DNA of 30,667 nt, from IMG/VR virus record IMGVR_UViG_3300043466_000799, positions 1 through 30,667 of that record; one strand, 5' to 3'. Below, in pieces: positions 16,401-25,292 of this stretch. The stretch's first letter is position 1. Each line of letters begins with the position of its first letter. Source of the DNA: a virus (taxonomy: Duplodnaviria; Caudoviricetes). The notes below the pieces were generated by a model. The model was not told the DNA's origin. It did no database searches and saw only the letters and a list, made by a program, of their open reading frames with translations. Made by a program: the position numbers and the translations under genes.

Positions 16401-19162
16401 AGCCGCAAGACCGTGTAACGGCGGGACGGGCCGCAGAAACGAGGGCTTACAACGAAGCCATTGCTGCGGGTCAAACTCCATTCGAGGCAACCGTAACGTC
16501 TACACAGGCTGGCGTGGAGGCCAGTGTCAAGGCTACGGAGCGTCTTGAGGAGTTCCGCGCCAAGTACGGCGGTCGGGAGCCGGCAGAGGTTGCCCGCCGC
16601 GCCAAGCGTCAGCAGCTCGTCCAGAACCAGTTGGCCCGCGAGGCCATGTTGGCTAAGGAGGAGATCGCCGTCGCCGGCAGGGACTTCCGCAAGTTCTTCC
16701 GGTCAGACGAGAAGTTGGCGAAGACCCGAGACATGGCTCCGATCATGGCGGCCCGGGCCATCCTGTCGTACTACGGGTACGGCAAGCGTGGCGAGTCGCC
16801 CGCCCAGTACCTCGACCAATTGCGCACCTACGCGCCAGAGCTGTACGACGGCATCGCCCCAATCGTGCTGAAGTCTCTGTCAGGCACGACTGACTACCGC
16901 GACCTGACCGTGACTGAGTTCCGGGTGTTGCGCGACACGGTGCAGGCGCTGTGGGCGCAGGCTCGTCGTGACCGCCAGATCACGGTAGAGGGCGAGCGTG
17001 TGGCGCTTGACGTCGTCCTGAAGGAGATGGCGGATCGGTTGCAGGCCATCGGCGTCGGCGAGCGCGTCGGCCAGCGCCAGGCCCCTGGTGCCGTCGATCA
17101 GGCTAATCGTCATCTGCTTGGCCTGCGTGCCATGATGAGCCGCGTCGAGGCTTGGGCTGACGCACTCGATGGCATGGCCGGTCCGGGAGCGTTCACCAAG
17201 TACCTGTTCCGCCCGGTCAAGCAGGCGGTCGATGCGTACCGGATTGAGCGCAACAAGTATGTGGAGCGGTTCGTCAAGCTGCTGGACGGCATCGATCTGC
17301 CCGTCGGCAAGATCGCGGCACCTGAACTTGACTACACGTTCGGCAACGGCAACGGGGGCATCGGCAGGGCAGAACTGCTTGGAGCCCTGATGCATACTGG
17401 TAACGAGGGCAACTACCGCAAGTTGCTGCTCGGTCGTGGATGGGGCGAACTCGACGCCGATGGCAATCTGGACGACAGCCGATGGCGGTCGTTCGTCGCC
17501 CGGATGATCTCCGAGGGCAAGTTGACCAAGGCCGACTACGACTTCGTGCAGTCGATCTGGGATCTGCTTGAGGAAATCAAGCCGCTTGCCCAGCGTGCTC
17601 ACTTCGACATGTACGGCTACTACTTCAAGGAGGTGGAGGCCACCGAGGTCGTGACGCCGTTCGGGACGTATCGGGGCGGCTACGTGCCGGCGGCCACCGA
17701 CAAGTTCATGGTGCAGGACGCCCGCGTCAATGCAAGCATGGACGAACTGGAAGGCGACTGGCGCAACTCGCTCCCGTCCACGGGTGCCGGCTTCACGAAG
17801 GGCCGCGTTGATTACAACGAAGCGCTGTCGCTTGACCTGCGCCTGATCGCCACGCACACCGACGCGGTGCTGCGGTTCTCAATGATTCAGCCGTCGGTGA
17901 AGGATGCGCTCAAGATCCTGCGCGACCGCGACCTGAAGGCACTGCTTGAGCGGTTCGACCCGGCGGTCATGGAGAACATGCTGCTGCCGTGGCTGAACCG
18001 TGCTGCCCGCCAGCAGGCAACGGAGCCCGGTAGGTGGAAGTTGGCCGACAAGTTCTGGGGCAGCGTGCGGTCACGAGCTGGCGTGGCGACGATGTTCGCC
18101 AACTTGCGCAACGCGCTGCAACAGGTCACGGGCTGGTTCCCGTCGCTGCTCAAGGTCAAGCGGCGCTATCTGCAATCGGCCCTGATGACGTATCTCGGAT
18201 CGCCCAAGCAGACCGCCGAGGCGGTTGCCCGGTTGTCGCCGTTCATGGCCGACCGGATGCGCAACCAGATGTTTGAGCTCCAAGGCACGATGAACGAACT
18301 GCTGCTCAACCCCAGCAAGTATGAGAAATTGCAGCAGTGGTCGAGCAAGCACGGCTACTTCCTCCAGCAGGCGTTCCAGAACATGGTGGACGTCACGACT
18401 TGGCAGGGTGCCTACAACCAGGCGCTCGCCGAGGGTGAAACGCAGGCCGAGGCCGTGGCCCGTGCAGATGCCGCGGTACGCCTGACGCAGGGCAGCCTGA
18501 GCCCTGAAGATAAGTCCATGTTTGAGGTCGGGACACCGTTCTACAACACGTTTGTGCAGTTCACCGGTTATTTCAACATGCTCGCCAACCTGAACCTCGG
18601 CGAGTACCAGAAGACGGTGCGCGACATGGGATGGCGTAGTGGCAAGGGGCGCCTGCTCTACATCTACGTCATGGGCATGCTGCTGCCGGCAATCGTGTCA
18701 GACGCCATCGTCCGCAGCCTCGGAGGAGGATGGGATGACGAAGACGAAGACGGCTACATGGACGTGTTCATGGACTGGTTCTTCGGAAGTCAGGTCCGCA
18801 TGGGGGCGGCGCTGCTGCCGTTCGGCAGCACGGCTTATACGGCGATTACTACGGCGTTCAACGACAAGCCGTACGACGACCGCATTACGACTAGCCCGTC
18901 CATCGCGGCGCTCGAGTCGGCCACCATCGGCACGAGCAAGGCCATCATCGCCGTGACCGACGAGGACAAGGACGTGACGGGCCGCAACGTGCGTGACGTG
19001 CTAACGCTCATCACGCTGCTGACTGGCGTCCCGGTGTCGGCGCTCGGTCGCCCTGCCGGATATCTAGTAGACGTTGAACGTGGCGAGATCGAACCCGAAT
19101 CGGGCTACGATATGATTCGGGGGATGATTACGGGCACCGCCACGCCGGAGAGCAAGCGATGA
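10460..19162 (+). CDS. Giant ejection / DNA-transfer polyvalent protein (gp16-like, 2900 aa) with ART-fold modules and a zincin HExxH motif
   Basis: Long ORF in the ejection-protein position. N-terminal NPY repeats and an LPD22-like segment, Gly-rich hydrophobic helices, ART-PolyVal-like motifs, STFLHETAH...HEQFA, and a C-terminal region with YRGGY.P. Confidence 0.85.
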   Translation: MQNEETPTEVNPYLEIVDRMSKPALTPLDMPVEPAPERIPSFASLSNPYIAMQESLAVPAQPRLPSSDKLFNETAIGSLSSVMGINPDQAAEATKLGTPLGIGQDLALYNMDEVRQRSVIAMVQRTGMLQNNPRLAQSLLDPVFAAQAHDDLDSLAKTSSLFEKAVNFIGPELFDRRPGQALRIAKVLEEGYAIGELGAELGQLKSRRAMTLAFGSEDEYYDLVNERIAYLEKQMGGKQPSGIFGTTAQVVAQGIVNAKPILTGAMLGAATGGVVHPWWGAVGFKLGAGYGIGLTTAEIEGGVLYDDMVATGVDPETALFAAAAGGTVIGTIEAASDAVTLLPGWAGVKRLVTKEISEQLTKPTIRAAVAQAGKNVVLGTFGQGAEEGLQSGFGLGFTRLAQAIDGIESDITAEQVAKEIADSFIAGVQGGILLSSVGPSLSLMVDVQRADAVAKQQEFFDGLEAAKRNSKLAKRNLDAWESFVARQAKGTTADTVYVEANAAAQVLAQSGVSVTELEKVIPGIREQLKNALENGGDVTIPTSVYSARLVGTPLGDALRQHVRISPDAKSVVQAQEINRKRDALLQEAQAALAERQEADAAFVESAQKVETTVAEQLRQTGMQDIEVRANAELFRDLAVTQAARMGITPEQFYERYPYRVRGPQVVQEGQPLEQADQFDQAGQRRTDTPQFRAWSNNAQLVTKDQSESHQFATGVPVVVEALHGSIQKGLRKFDVNAAVEVEGAIFFSSNEEVASQYTFERAYGDIISDEPLGEVISAYVSFQNPMVYAPKGRVVDAIEMSRVITQAKELGHDGVIIQNIDDSIGMTGDMGNVYVTWNPTSIKSTDNSGAFSRATADIYNQASRIDADYMAAVERGDMETAQRMVDEAARASGYTIPVYHFTRSDEPFTSFDLERMQSGPGIWLTSSPEGWYGRRMDLYLNPGKIKNVKSQFDRTWREGELSIEGILEGDLETISQQNINTLRNTKDYDSTFYVATRPEQVKLADPVVYDESGNVVPLSRRFDITSPKVFEQAATEPRLMAVHNLSADNLQFAARMGGLAVPSIGVITEEAGGVEGFGELTLIGTREMAEPRTTPVFEADAYSARFPRPEWPGVSTAKADAVVASIRDLQTEFGDVGLVDSTFNFLVNEPDANKLAERWLRSPAIMAMYLRERGIEIAPILETRPTLSRLTWEAIDRLTPIYLAVDQQQAYDVMEESPEYAALKVAYADEVRRQYEGVAEELPEGRVDEWARQFTPTTLQRLSRDVQETNRQRVAREATSDAITGKLEPLYAEYKTWVDQKTREQFGAPFLRDGKLKRPYTLGNIVDFMASAKVKGEEKGLTFGAGAARAKRARAFPDLEEMREAAKTAIVNPEEYSQARKESEKTLEAYRLAVVDYTRLTDWRGKQDTWAAMDAAMKALARYGKRKKRNVKAMREALSRERFAIGSMPTEIIEQAIDAADALFSAPVPYFEAKPQRAVRLDEFAGAVIPTNASQETRDILQRNGIPYISYLSGDEADRQRAVRQMAVSPEARGEVLFQTARAPRGDFDPAKLMTTLREGRDFSTFLHETAHFYLTILADIARSATGPQQSKADMDALLRWFGIEGVTPAERLAKWSSMTIDQQRQYHEQFAYSVEIYVHEGKAPSVELQSLFNQFAAWLKRVYKSIRDELNATYKAQFGRDLPMMNSEIRLVMDRMLATDEQIARAQAVRGMKAMFQTQEQSGMNDAEWAAYQALEQDATDAATAELTKATLKELQWYGNAQSKYLREIQAKHDRARKEIREEVSAQVQLEPVYRAMEFLKKGTIRTDTGEVTAATGAYKLDLAKVRAIMPAGFDPATLKYGKYGMVQEGGIDPDMAAGMFGYGSGVELINAILGAKPIKEEIDARTDQRMLDENSDLATPEARQAAVDMAIHNEARARFIAVEQRWLEKQRRPANDMLQAARQVAQDIIGDVVIRTLNPRRYEAAEAEAARTATTAYREPQDRVTAGRAAETRAYNEAIAAGQTPFEATVTSTQAGVEASVKATERLEEFRAKYGGREPAEVARRAKRQQLVQNQLAREAMLAKEEIAVAGRDFRKFFRSDEKLAKTRDMAPIMAARAILSYYGYGKRGESPAQYLDQLRTYAPELYDGIAPIVLKSLSGTTDYRDLTVTEFRVLRDTVQALWAQARRDRQITVEGERVALDVVLKEMADRLQAIGVGERVGQRQAPGAVDQANRHLLGLRAMMSRVEAWADALDGMAGPGAFTKYLFRPVKQAVDAYRIERNKYVERFVKLLDGIDLPVGKIAAPELDYTFGNGNGGIGRAELLGALMHTGNEGNYRKLLLGRGWGELDADGNLDDSRWRSFVARMISEGKLTKADYDFVQSIWDLLEEIKPLAQRAHFDMYGYYFKEVEATEVVTPFGTYRGGYVPAATDKFMVQDARVNASMDELEGDWRNSLPSTGAGFTKGRVDYNEALSLDLRLIATHTDAVLRFSMIQPSVKDALKILRDRDLKALLERFDPAVMENMLLPWLNRAARQQATEPGRWKLADKFWGSVRSRAGVATMFANLRNALQQVTGWFPSLLKVKRRYLQSALMTYLGSPKQTAEAVARLSPFMADRMRNQMFELQGTMNELLLNPSKYEKLQQWSSKHGYFLQQAFQNMVDVTTWQGAYNQALAEGETQAEAVARADAAVRLTQGSLSPEDKSMFEVGTPFYNTFVQFTGYFNMLANLNLGEYQKTVRDMGWRSGKGRLLYIYVMGMLLPAIVSDAIVRSLGGGWDDEDEDGYMDVFMDWFFGSQVRMGAALLPFGSTAYTAITTAFNDKPYDDRITTSPSIAALESATIGTSKAIIAVTDEDKDVTGRNVRDVLTLITLLTGVPVSALGRPAGYLVDVERGEIEPESGYDMIRGMITGTATPESKR

Positions 19163-21561
19163 CGATTAGCAGCACGACGCGAATCGCTGGGCCGTTCATT
19201 GGTAATGGGACCGCCAGCGCGTTCCCGTTCACGTTCAAAGTCTTCGCTGCCACGGACTTGGACGTCATCAAGCTGACCGTCAGCACGGGCACCGAGAGCA
19301 CGCTGGTGCTCACGACCGACTACACGGTATCGCTCAACGGTGACCAGAACAGCAACCCAGGCGGCACGGTCACCCTGACCGCCGGCGCACTGGCGTCGGG
19401 ATTCACGCTGACGATCACCTCTGACATCGCCAACCTCCAGCCCACCGACCTGACGAATCAGGGCGGGTTCTACCCCGAGGTCATCACCGACTCGCTGGAC
19501 CGGGCCACGATCCAGATCCAGCAGATTGCCGACATTGGCGACCGGACGCTGAAGATCCCGATCTCGGACGGCACGCTCAACATGGAGCTGCCGACGAAAA
19601 CTGAACGCGCCAACTCGTTTCTGTCGTTTGACGCCAACGGTCTGCCGTCGGTCGTTACGGCTGGCTCAAGCGGTGCGCCGCCCACGATCACGCGGCAGGT
19701 GTTCAGCGGCACGGGGTCGCAGACGGTGTTCACGCTGGCGAGCGACCCTGGTGCGCTCGGCAACAGCGCACAGGTCTACATCGGCGGCGTGTACCAGCAG
19801 CGGAGCACGTACACGATTGCCGGCACGACGCTGACGTTCTCGCAGGCTCCGGTGGCCGGGACCAACAACATTGAGTTCGTGAACTTCCTGACGAGCGACA
19901 TCGGCGCGACGAGCGCGGACCTCGTCACCTACACGCCGAGCGGCACGGGCGCGGTCGCCCGCAGCGCGGCGAGCAAGTTTGGTGACGTGGTCAGCGTCAA
20001 GGACTTCGGAGTCGTTGGCGACGGGACAGATGAAACAACCAAACTTCAGGCGGCGTTTGCTTTTGTAGTGTCTGGTGTTCGGCTGTCTTTGAGCGGTCTA
20101 ACAGTGGTCGTAAACGACCCTGTATCGATCACAGACAAGTCAAATTTCGTAATCGATGGAGAAGGTGGAACCATCATTGCCAAAAATGGCATGAGTGTCA
20201 GTTCCGGCAAAAATCTCATTCGTTTAACCAACTGCGAAGCATTCAAGATTGAAAACATCACGTTCGATGCAAACAGAGCGAATAGAACTCCGGTAGAGAC
20301 ATCAGCTCAAACGGTGTATGTCATTAGTTGCCGTAAGTTCGTATTTGAAAACGTGCATAGTCACAACGCCGTCGTAGACGGTTTCTATTTCGCAACAGCA
20401 ACAAATACCAATCCAGCAACATACTGCTTGGATTTTCAGTTGATAAATTGTTTCGCTAACAACGGTTATAGGCAAGGCGCATCGGTAATTAATGCCTATG
20501 ACTTTCAGTTCATTGGTGGTGCATACACCAATACAAATGGAACAGCACCACAAGCTGGAATTGACGTTGAGTCAAATTCTGGCGCAACGCTTGGAAACGC
20601 TCGCGGAATTTTCCAAGGCGTCCGATTTGAAAACAACAATGGCGCTGGACTCCTTTTGTCTGATGTTTCTGGCGCAAAATCGTTTGTAGTTGATGGTTGC
20701 TACTTCTCTGCTAACGGCAATGGTGGAGTTTTGAACTATGCCGATTCAGTAAATATCAGACACTGCTTTTTCTCCAATCATTCCGCTGCTCCTGGAGGTG
20801 CTGTTGGTGGAATTGTGACATTTGCAAACGCTGCTTCCATAAAGGGTGGATCGGCAGTTGCAAACATTTTCACTGGCAACACAACCACCATTCCGTGTTT
20901 GTACTGTGGCGGTGGACCGCAAAGCGTTGCGATTCAAAGCAATGTGGTACTAGATCACGTCAACGGTGGTGCTATCAGCATGTTTGGTTCAAACCATCTG
21001 ATTGACAACAACACGATCTTGGCATGTGGCGGTATCGGAATTTCAATGAACAGTGCTACGGACTGCGTCATTTCAAACAACAAGGTGAATGCGGCAGTTG
21101 GACGTGGCATTTACGACTCATCAACTCGATCCAAAATCATCAGTAACAAAGTTTCTAACATTTCTTCAGTATCTGGCGGATACATCCAGGCAGCTGGAAC
21201 CGATTCGCTTCTATTCGGAAATGTTTGTTTGTCTGCCACTTCGGTATCTGATACGGGAATCAGAGTGGACAACACCGCGCTGACGGTAAACGGCAATGCG
21301 TGTGTAAATCTGAACTCCACAGATCCGTATGTATTTGTCGGTTCCGCGCTTGATGACATTGCATACAACAATGTTGGCGGAACAGACAATGATCGGCGCA
21401 AAGTACGTTTTGGTCTAGCAGTTCCTGTGTATTCAACATCTGCAAGACCTGCGGCATCCTCGGTGGCTGCTGGTCAGGTTATCTTTAATTCAACGACTCA
21501 AAAGTTGAACACCTCCGACGGGACAACTAATTGGTACAACGCAGATGGCACAATTGCGTGA
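19159..21561 (+). CDS. Tailspike 1: virion-anchoring N-terminus plus pectate-lyase-like beta-helix
   Basis: T7-type fibre N-terminus (GNG....FPFTFKVF...DL; LDRATIQIQQ), then VSVKDFGVVGDG and Asn/Gly/Cys-rich beta-helix repeats. Confidence 0.88.
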   Translation: MTISSTTRIAGPFIGNGTASAFPFTFKVFAATDLDVIKLTVSTGTESTLVLTTDYTVSLNGDQNSNPGGTVTLTAGALASGFTLTITSDIANLQPTDLTNQGGFYPEVITDSLDRATIQIQQIADIGDRTLKIPISDGTLNMELPTKTERANSFLSFDANGLPSVVTAGSSGAPPTITRQVFSGTGSQTVFTLASDPGALGNSAQVYIGGVYQQRSTYTIAGTTLTFSQAPVAGTNNIEFVNFLTSDIGATSADLVTYTPSGTGAVARSAASKFGDVVSVKDFGVVGDGTDETTKLQAAFAFVVSGVRLSLSGLTVVVNDPVSITDKSNFVIDGEGGTIIAKNGMSVSSGKNLIRLTNCEAFKIENITFDANRANRTPVETSAQTVYVISCRKFVFENVHSHNAVVDGFYFATATNTNPATYCLDFQLINCFANNGYRQGASVINAYDFQFIGGAYTNTNGTAPQAGIDVESNSGATLGNARGIFQGVRFENNNGAGLLLSDVSGAKSFVVDGCYFSANGNGGVLNYADSVNIRHCFFSNHSAAPGGAVGGIVTFANAASIKGGSAVANIFTGNTTTIPCLYCGGGPQSVAIQSNVVLDHVNGGAISMFGSNHLIDNNTILACGGIGISMNSATDCVISNNKVNAAVGRGIYDSSTRSKIISNKVSNISSVSGGYIQAAGTDSLLFGNVCLSATSVSDTGIRVDNTALTVNGNACVNLNSTDPYVFVGSALDDIAYNNVGGTDNDRRKVRFGLAVPVYSTSARPAASSVAAGQVIFNSTTQKLNTSDGTTNWYNADGTIA

Positions 21562-21597
21562 ATGTTGCGAACTACAAATGCCTAACGGACTTTCACC

Positions 21598-23331
21598 ATG
21601 CCCATGACCAAACCAACCTCTGAACAGGTGACGTTCCTCGCCGCCGGCTCCGGCGCGACCCAGCGCACTGCGCTCGACAAGCTCCGCGATGTCGTGAGCG
21701 TGAAGGACTTTGGTGCGGTCGGTGACGGCGTGGCCGATGACACGGCGGCGATTCAGGCAGCGATTACTGCCTCCGCAAACAAGGCGGTGTACTTCCCTTC
21801 TGGAACGTATGTTGCTACAACGCTGACGGTATCAAGCCCGTGCCGTTTGTTTGGCGAAGGGATCATCAAAAAGACTACGGCTGCATCATCTGCGTTGTTG
21901 ACGTTAAATACAAATGACGTTGACATTGAGGGCCTTGAGTTTCGCGGGGCCAATTTCAACGCTATGCCAGCATCCGTGGTGTTTCTTGATACGGCAATCA
22001 AGGTTTACGGTGCTAGCAGCGTTTCGCCGTATCGGCGTTTCAACATCACGAACGTCAAGGTCAACGGCTTTGCCGGGTTTGCGATGGACATTCGCTGGAG
22101 CGAGGATGTCACAATCACGGGATGCCAAATCAGATACTGTGGCTATGCGGGAATTCTGTTTGACTCAATTGTCCGAGGCGTGATTGCCAACAATCGAATC
22201 TCATTCATCGATGCTGGGACAGTTACGAACGCATATGGGATTTCCTTGAGCCGCGACCCGACCAGGACGCTAGTCAATTCTGTCCCAACAGAACACGTTA
22301 CTGTTACGGGAAATGTCGTGACAGACGTTGCAAAGTGGACGGGTATTGATGGTCACGCTCCGCACAACTGCAACATCGTCGGCAATGTTGTCGCACGTTG
22401 CAAAAACGGCATTTACGCACAATACGATTCGGCGGTTAATCCGTACCCGTCACCTGCTCGATACGTTCGCATCGCCGACAATGTGGTGATCGGCAGAAGC
22501 ACGACATCCGAGAACGAATTTGGCGTGGCCTCGATTGGCACTGCTACGGTTGGTGTTGGTTTCAACGAACACATTGTTATTGAAAATAATTCCGTAATCA
22601 ACGCCGGATCAAGTGGTGGCGGGAACGCCGCCGTATCACTCAGCTATTCGCGCCATAGTGTTGCCAGAAACAATGTGGTGTATAAGGGAATTAACGCCGG
22701 ATTGTCCATGACAACCTCATGCGATCAATGCGTGATGGAGGGAAATCTGGTTGACGGCTTGATAAACACAGGATCATCTTCCAAGTTTGCATATGTTCAA
22801 AACAACAACACGAATTGCGCGTTTGTTGCAAACAGATTCAGAAACACAACTGGCAGCACATCATTCAACTGCCAAATTGGTATCTATTACGTTGCCGCCA
22901 ATTCAGGCACGGTGTATGTTCGCAATCGCATTGATTCAAATGCTGTTGATGTTGTTGGTGGCTACAAGCGATTCATCGATTCAAACAGCAATCCGATTGA
23001 ATACACCGATCTAAAATGGCAACTAGAGCGCGAATCATGCCCGCCATTTACGCATTCCGCGACCGGAGGAGCGCCACGCGAATCAACCGCAAGCCAATCC
23101 GGGAACTTTCGCCGATCCCCTGCCGTCGGTCTTGCGACTGGAACCACCATTCGCAGAACCCGTGTATCCCATCGTTCAACTGACACGACGTTCAAGATTG
23201 CGGTGCGGCCAAACGAGGGTGGCAATCCATACGTGGTTGGCGTCTACACCGTGGATGGCACAAACATCACGGCAGCTGCATCCATTCCAGACATCACCAT
23301 CGACATTGAAGGCATTTACTGGGATGATTGA
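21598..23331 (+). CDS. Tailspike 2: short N-terminal adaptor plus beta-helix depolymerase-like domain
   Basis: VSVKDFGAVGDGVADDTAAIQAAI...VYFPSGTY motif near the N-terminus, then beta-helix repeats; no T7-type anchor. Confidence 0.88.
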   Translation: MPMTKPTSEQVTFLAAGSGATQRTALDKLRDVVSVKDFGAVGDGVADDTAAIQAAITASANKAVYFPSGTYVATTLTVSSPCRLFGEGIIKKTTAASSALLTLNTNDVDIEGLEFRGANFNAMPASVVFLDTAIKVYGASSVSPYRRFNITNVKVNGFAGFAMDIRWSEDVTITGCQIRYCGYAGILFDSIVRGVIANNRISFIDAGTVTNAYGISLSRDPTRTLVNSVPTEHVTVTGNVVTDVAKWTGIDGHAPHNCNIVGNVVARCKNGIYAQYDSAVNPYPSPARYVRIADNVVIGRSTTSENEFGVASIGTATVGVGFNEHIVIENNSVINAGSSGGGNAAVSLSYSRHSVARNNVVYKGINAGLSMTTSCDQCVMEGNLVDGLINTGSSSKFAYVQNNNTNCAFVANRFRNTTGSTSFNCQIGIYYVAANSGTVYVRNRIDSNAVDVVGGYKRFIDSNSNPIEYTDLKWQLERESCPPFTHSATGGAPRESTASQSGNFRRSPAVGLATGTTIRRTRVSHRSTDTTFKIAVRPNEGGNPYVVGVYTVDGTNITAAASIPDITIDIEGIYWDD

Positions 23332-23352
23332 TTAGAAAGGCAATAACGAAAC

Positions 23353-23595
23353 ATGAGCAACGAACAATCAATCCAGGTTCAGGAATGCACGATGGAACTC
23401 CGTGCTTGTATCGACACCATTGAGTTTCTTGCAAACCATTGCGGCAAGTCGGACTCGAACATTGAATTGATGAACCGTGCGTTCACGCGCCTAGAGGCAA
23501 TTATCTCCATGCCAATGATTGGCGAAAGTGGCCTTGATGTTGCACCGTGCCAAGCGGCGAAGAACATTGGAATGGAATGGATGGCAAGAGATTGA
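23353..23595 (+). CDS. Hypothetical protein (possible tailspike-associated chaperone)
   Basis: 80-aa ORF filling the gap after tailspike 2, with the same AT-richer composition as the spike head. Confidence 0.5.
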   Translation: MSNEQSIQVQECTMELRACIDTIEFLANHCGKSDSNIELMNRAFTRLEAIISMPMIGESGLDVAPCQAAKNIGMEWMARD

Positions 23596-23597
23596 CC

Positions 23598-23822
23598 ATG
23601 ACCTCCTCCCACCACGACGAACTGTTCCTCGCCATTGGCCGCCTTGAAGGCAAGGTCGATTCGCTGCTCGCCATGCAGCAGATGGCGCAGGATGAGCTCA
23701 AGGATCACGACGCACGTCTGCGTAACCTAGAACACGCTCGTGGATACATCATGGGGGTGTCGGCGGCGATTGGTGCAATCGTCAGCTTGGCCGGCAGTTG
23801 GGTCGCTAAACTGATGAACTGA
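23598..23822 (+). CDS. Small coiled-coil protein with a C-terminal TM helix (XhlA/holin-like)
   Basis: Start reassigned to ATG 23598. IGRLEGKVD...RLRNLE coiled coil followed by YIMGVSAAIGAIVSLAGSWV. Confidence 0.6.
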   Translation: MTSSHHDELFLAIGRLEGKVDSLLAMQQMAQDELKDHDARLRNLEHARGYIMGVSAAIGAIVSLAGSWVAKLMN

Positions 23823-23831
23823 GGACACACC

Positions 23832-24374
23832 ATGCCGATTGACATCGTTATCGCTACCGATAAGCCCAACTACCTGACCACTGGTCTGGTGACCGCCAGC
23901 AGCGGCACGTACGACGCTGCCGTCCCGACCGCCACGCTCCCGTCCACGACCGGGCAGACGTTCCTGATCCCGACCAACCTGGGCGACAAGCCGAGCCTCC
24001 TGCGCCTCGTTCCGTTCCACAGCGCGAACAATGCGACCACCCCTGGCTTCCGCGTGATCGGGTGGACGACCTACGTGCAGACGAGCGGAACGCCGATCTA
24101 CGTCCCGACGATGCTCGCCGACTGCGCTTGCTCGTACAACGGCACGGCATTGAGCATCCCGAGCCTGTCGGTCAACGGCGTGACGCAGCACTTCTTCCAC
24201 CAAATCACGGTCGGAACGGGCGTCCCCACGGTGAACATCTACAGCCCTGGTACAGCCGTTGTTGCTGGCACGCCTCCTGCCTGCGTGGTGCTCGACACCA
24301 TCGGAGTGCAGTACGTGACCGTGCAGTTTGAGTCAAGCACGGGCACGATGGGCTGCTTCTACGCCTTCCTCTGA
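23832..24374 (+). CDS. Hypothetical beta-rich (probably virion) protein
   Basis: GAGGA RBS; backbone-like codon bias; Thr/Gly/Pro-rich, 180 aa. Confidence 0.65.
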   Translation: MPIDIVIATDKPNYLTTGLVTASSGTYDAAVPTATLPSTTGQTFLIPTNLGDKPSLLRLVPFHSANNATTPGFRVIGWTTYVQTSGTPIYVPTMLADCACSYNGTALSIPSLSVNGVTQHFFHQITVGTGVPTVNIYSPGTAVVAGTPPACVVLDTIGVQYVTVQFESSTGTMGCFYAFL

Positions 24375-24386
24375 TCGGAGCACCTG

Positions 24387-25292
24387 ATGCGGTACGAGGT
24401 TGGTCGATTCCATCGCCCAATGCGGCGTTCCACGGAGGGTCAACTGGCCTCGTTGGTATCGCTCGGCGGCCCGTATGTGTCCGAGGTTCTGGTCGTGGCT
24501 GCCGGCGGGGCAGGCGGCGGTACGTCCAACAACCAGTACGGCGGCGGCGGCGGCGGTGCTGGTGGTCTGCTGCACAGTACGTCAAGCGTGCTGACGCCAG
24601 GCTCAACGTACGGCGTGACCATTGGGCTCGGTGGCGCTAGTGTCACGGGGGCAAGTGCGGGCAACGATGGTGGCAACAGCTCGATCACCAAACTCGGTTT
24701 GGCGACCATGACTGGTGGCGGTGGTGGTGGTCGTGGCAATGGCGCGAGCCTGCCCGGTCGTAATGGTGGTAGCGGCGGTGGTGCTAGTGGATTCGCGGGT
24801 CAGACTGCTGGTACGGCCACGAGCGGTCAGGGCAACAACGGCGGTGCACAGCAGGCTCCTGACGTCAGTCCATACCGTGGTGCAGGCGGTGGCGGTTTTG
24901 GTTCTGCTGGCACCAACGCCAACGGTGCAGCCGGTACTGGTGGATCGGGCTACTCGTTTCAGGGCTCGTTCTACGCTGGCGGTGGCGGCGGCGGGACGAT
25001 GGGCTCGGACGTGGTGGCGGCTGGCGGCAGCGGTGTAGGCGGCGACGGCGGGCGTCTTTCCGTAACGACCGGCTCCAACGGCGCAACCAGCACTGGTAGC
25101 GGTGGTGGCGGTGCAGGTGGTATTGGCAGCGGTTCGACCGAAACGACGAGCGGATCGGGCGCCAACGGTGTTGTCATCATCTGCTATCCCGGCGCTGCAC
25201 GTCCTGTGTCATTCACCGGGACGATGACCACCACTACGGCTGGCGGTGTGACCAAGCACGTCCTCACGACCAGCGGGACATTCACGGCATGA
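24387..25292 (+). CDS. Glycine-rich phage fibre-like protein
   Basis: GGAG RBS; EVLVVAAGGAGG, GGGGAGG, YAGGGGG, SG.NGVVII.YP, H..T.SGTF pattern of Gly-rich phage domains. Confidence 0.75.
   Translation: MRYEVGRFHRPMRRSTEGQLASLVSLGGPYVSEVLVVAAGGAGGGTSNNQYGGGGGGAGGLLHSTSSVLTPGSTYGVTIGLGGASVTGASAGNDGGNSSITKLGLATMTGGGGGGRGNGASLPGRNGGSGGGASGFAGQTAGTATSGQGNNGGAQQAPDVSPYRGAGGGGFGSAGTNANGAAGTGGSGYSFQGSFYAGGGGGGTMGSDVVAAGGSGVGGDGGRLSVTTGSNGATSTGSGGGGAGGIGSGSTETTSGSGANGVVIICYPGAARPVSFTGTMTTTTAGGVTKHVLTTSGTFTA

Noticed and set aside
141-18352. Many long antisense ORFs (e.g. 8886-10085, 15455-16474, 16880-17857, 2455-3345)
   Set aside because: They are shadow frames of GC3-biased + strand genes, with no recognisable motifs.
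24500-25140. GGC/GGT tandem repeats as a possible repeat array
   Set aside because: Explained by poly-glycine coding; there is no spacer structure.
19159-25292. Diversity-generating retroelement, expected by analogy with BPP-1
   Set aside because: No reverse transcriptase ORF and no TR/VR repeat pair differing at adenines was seen. One could lie outside the window.
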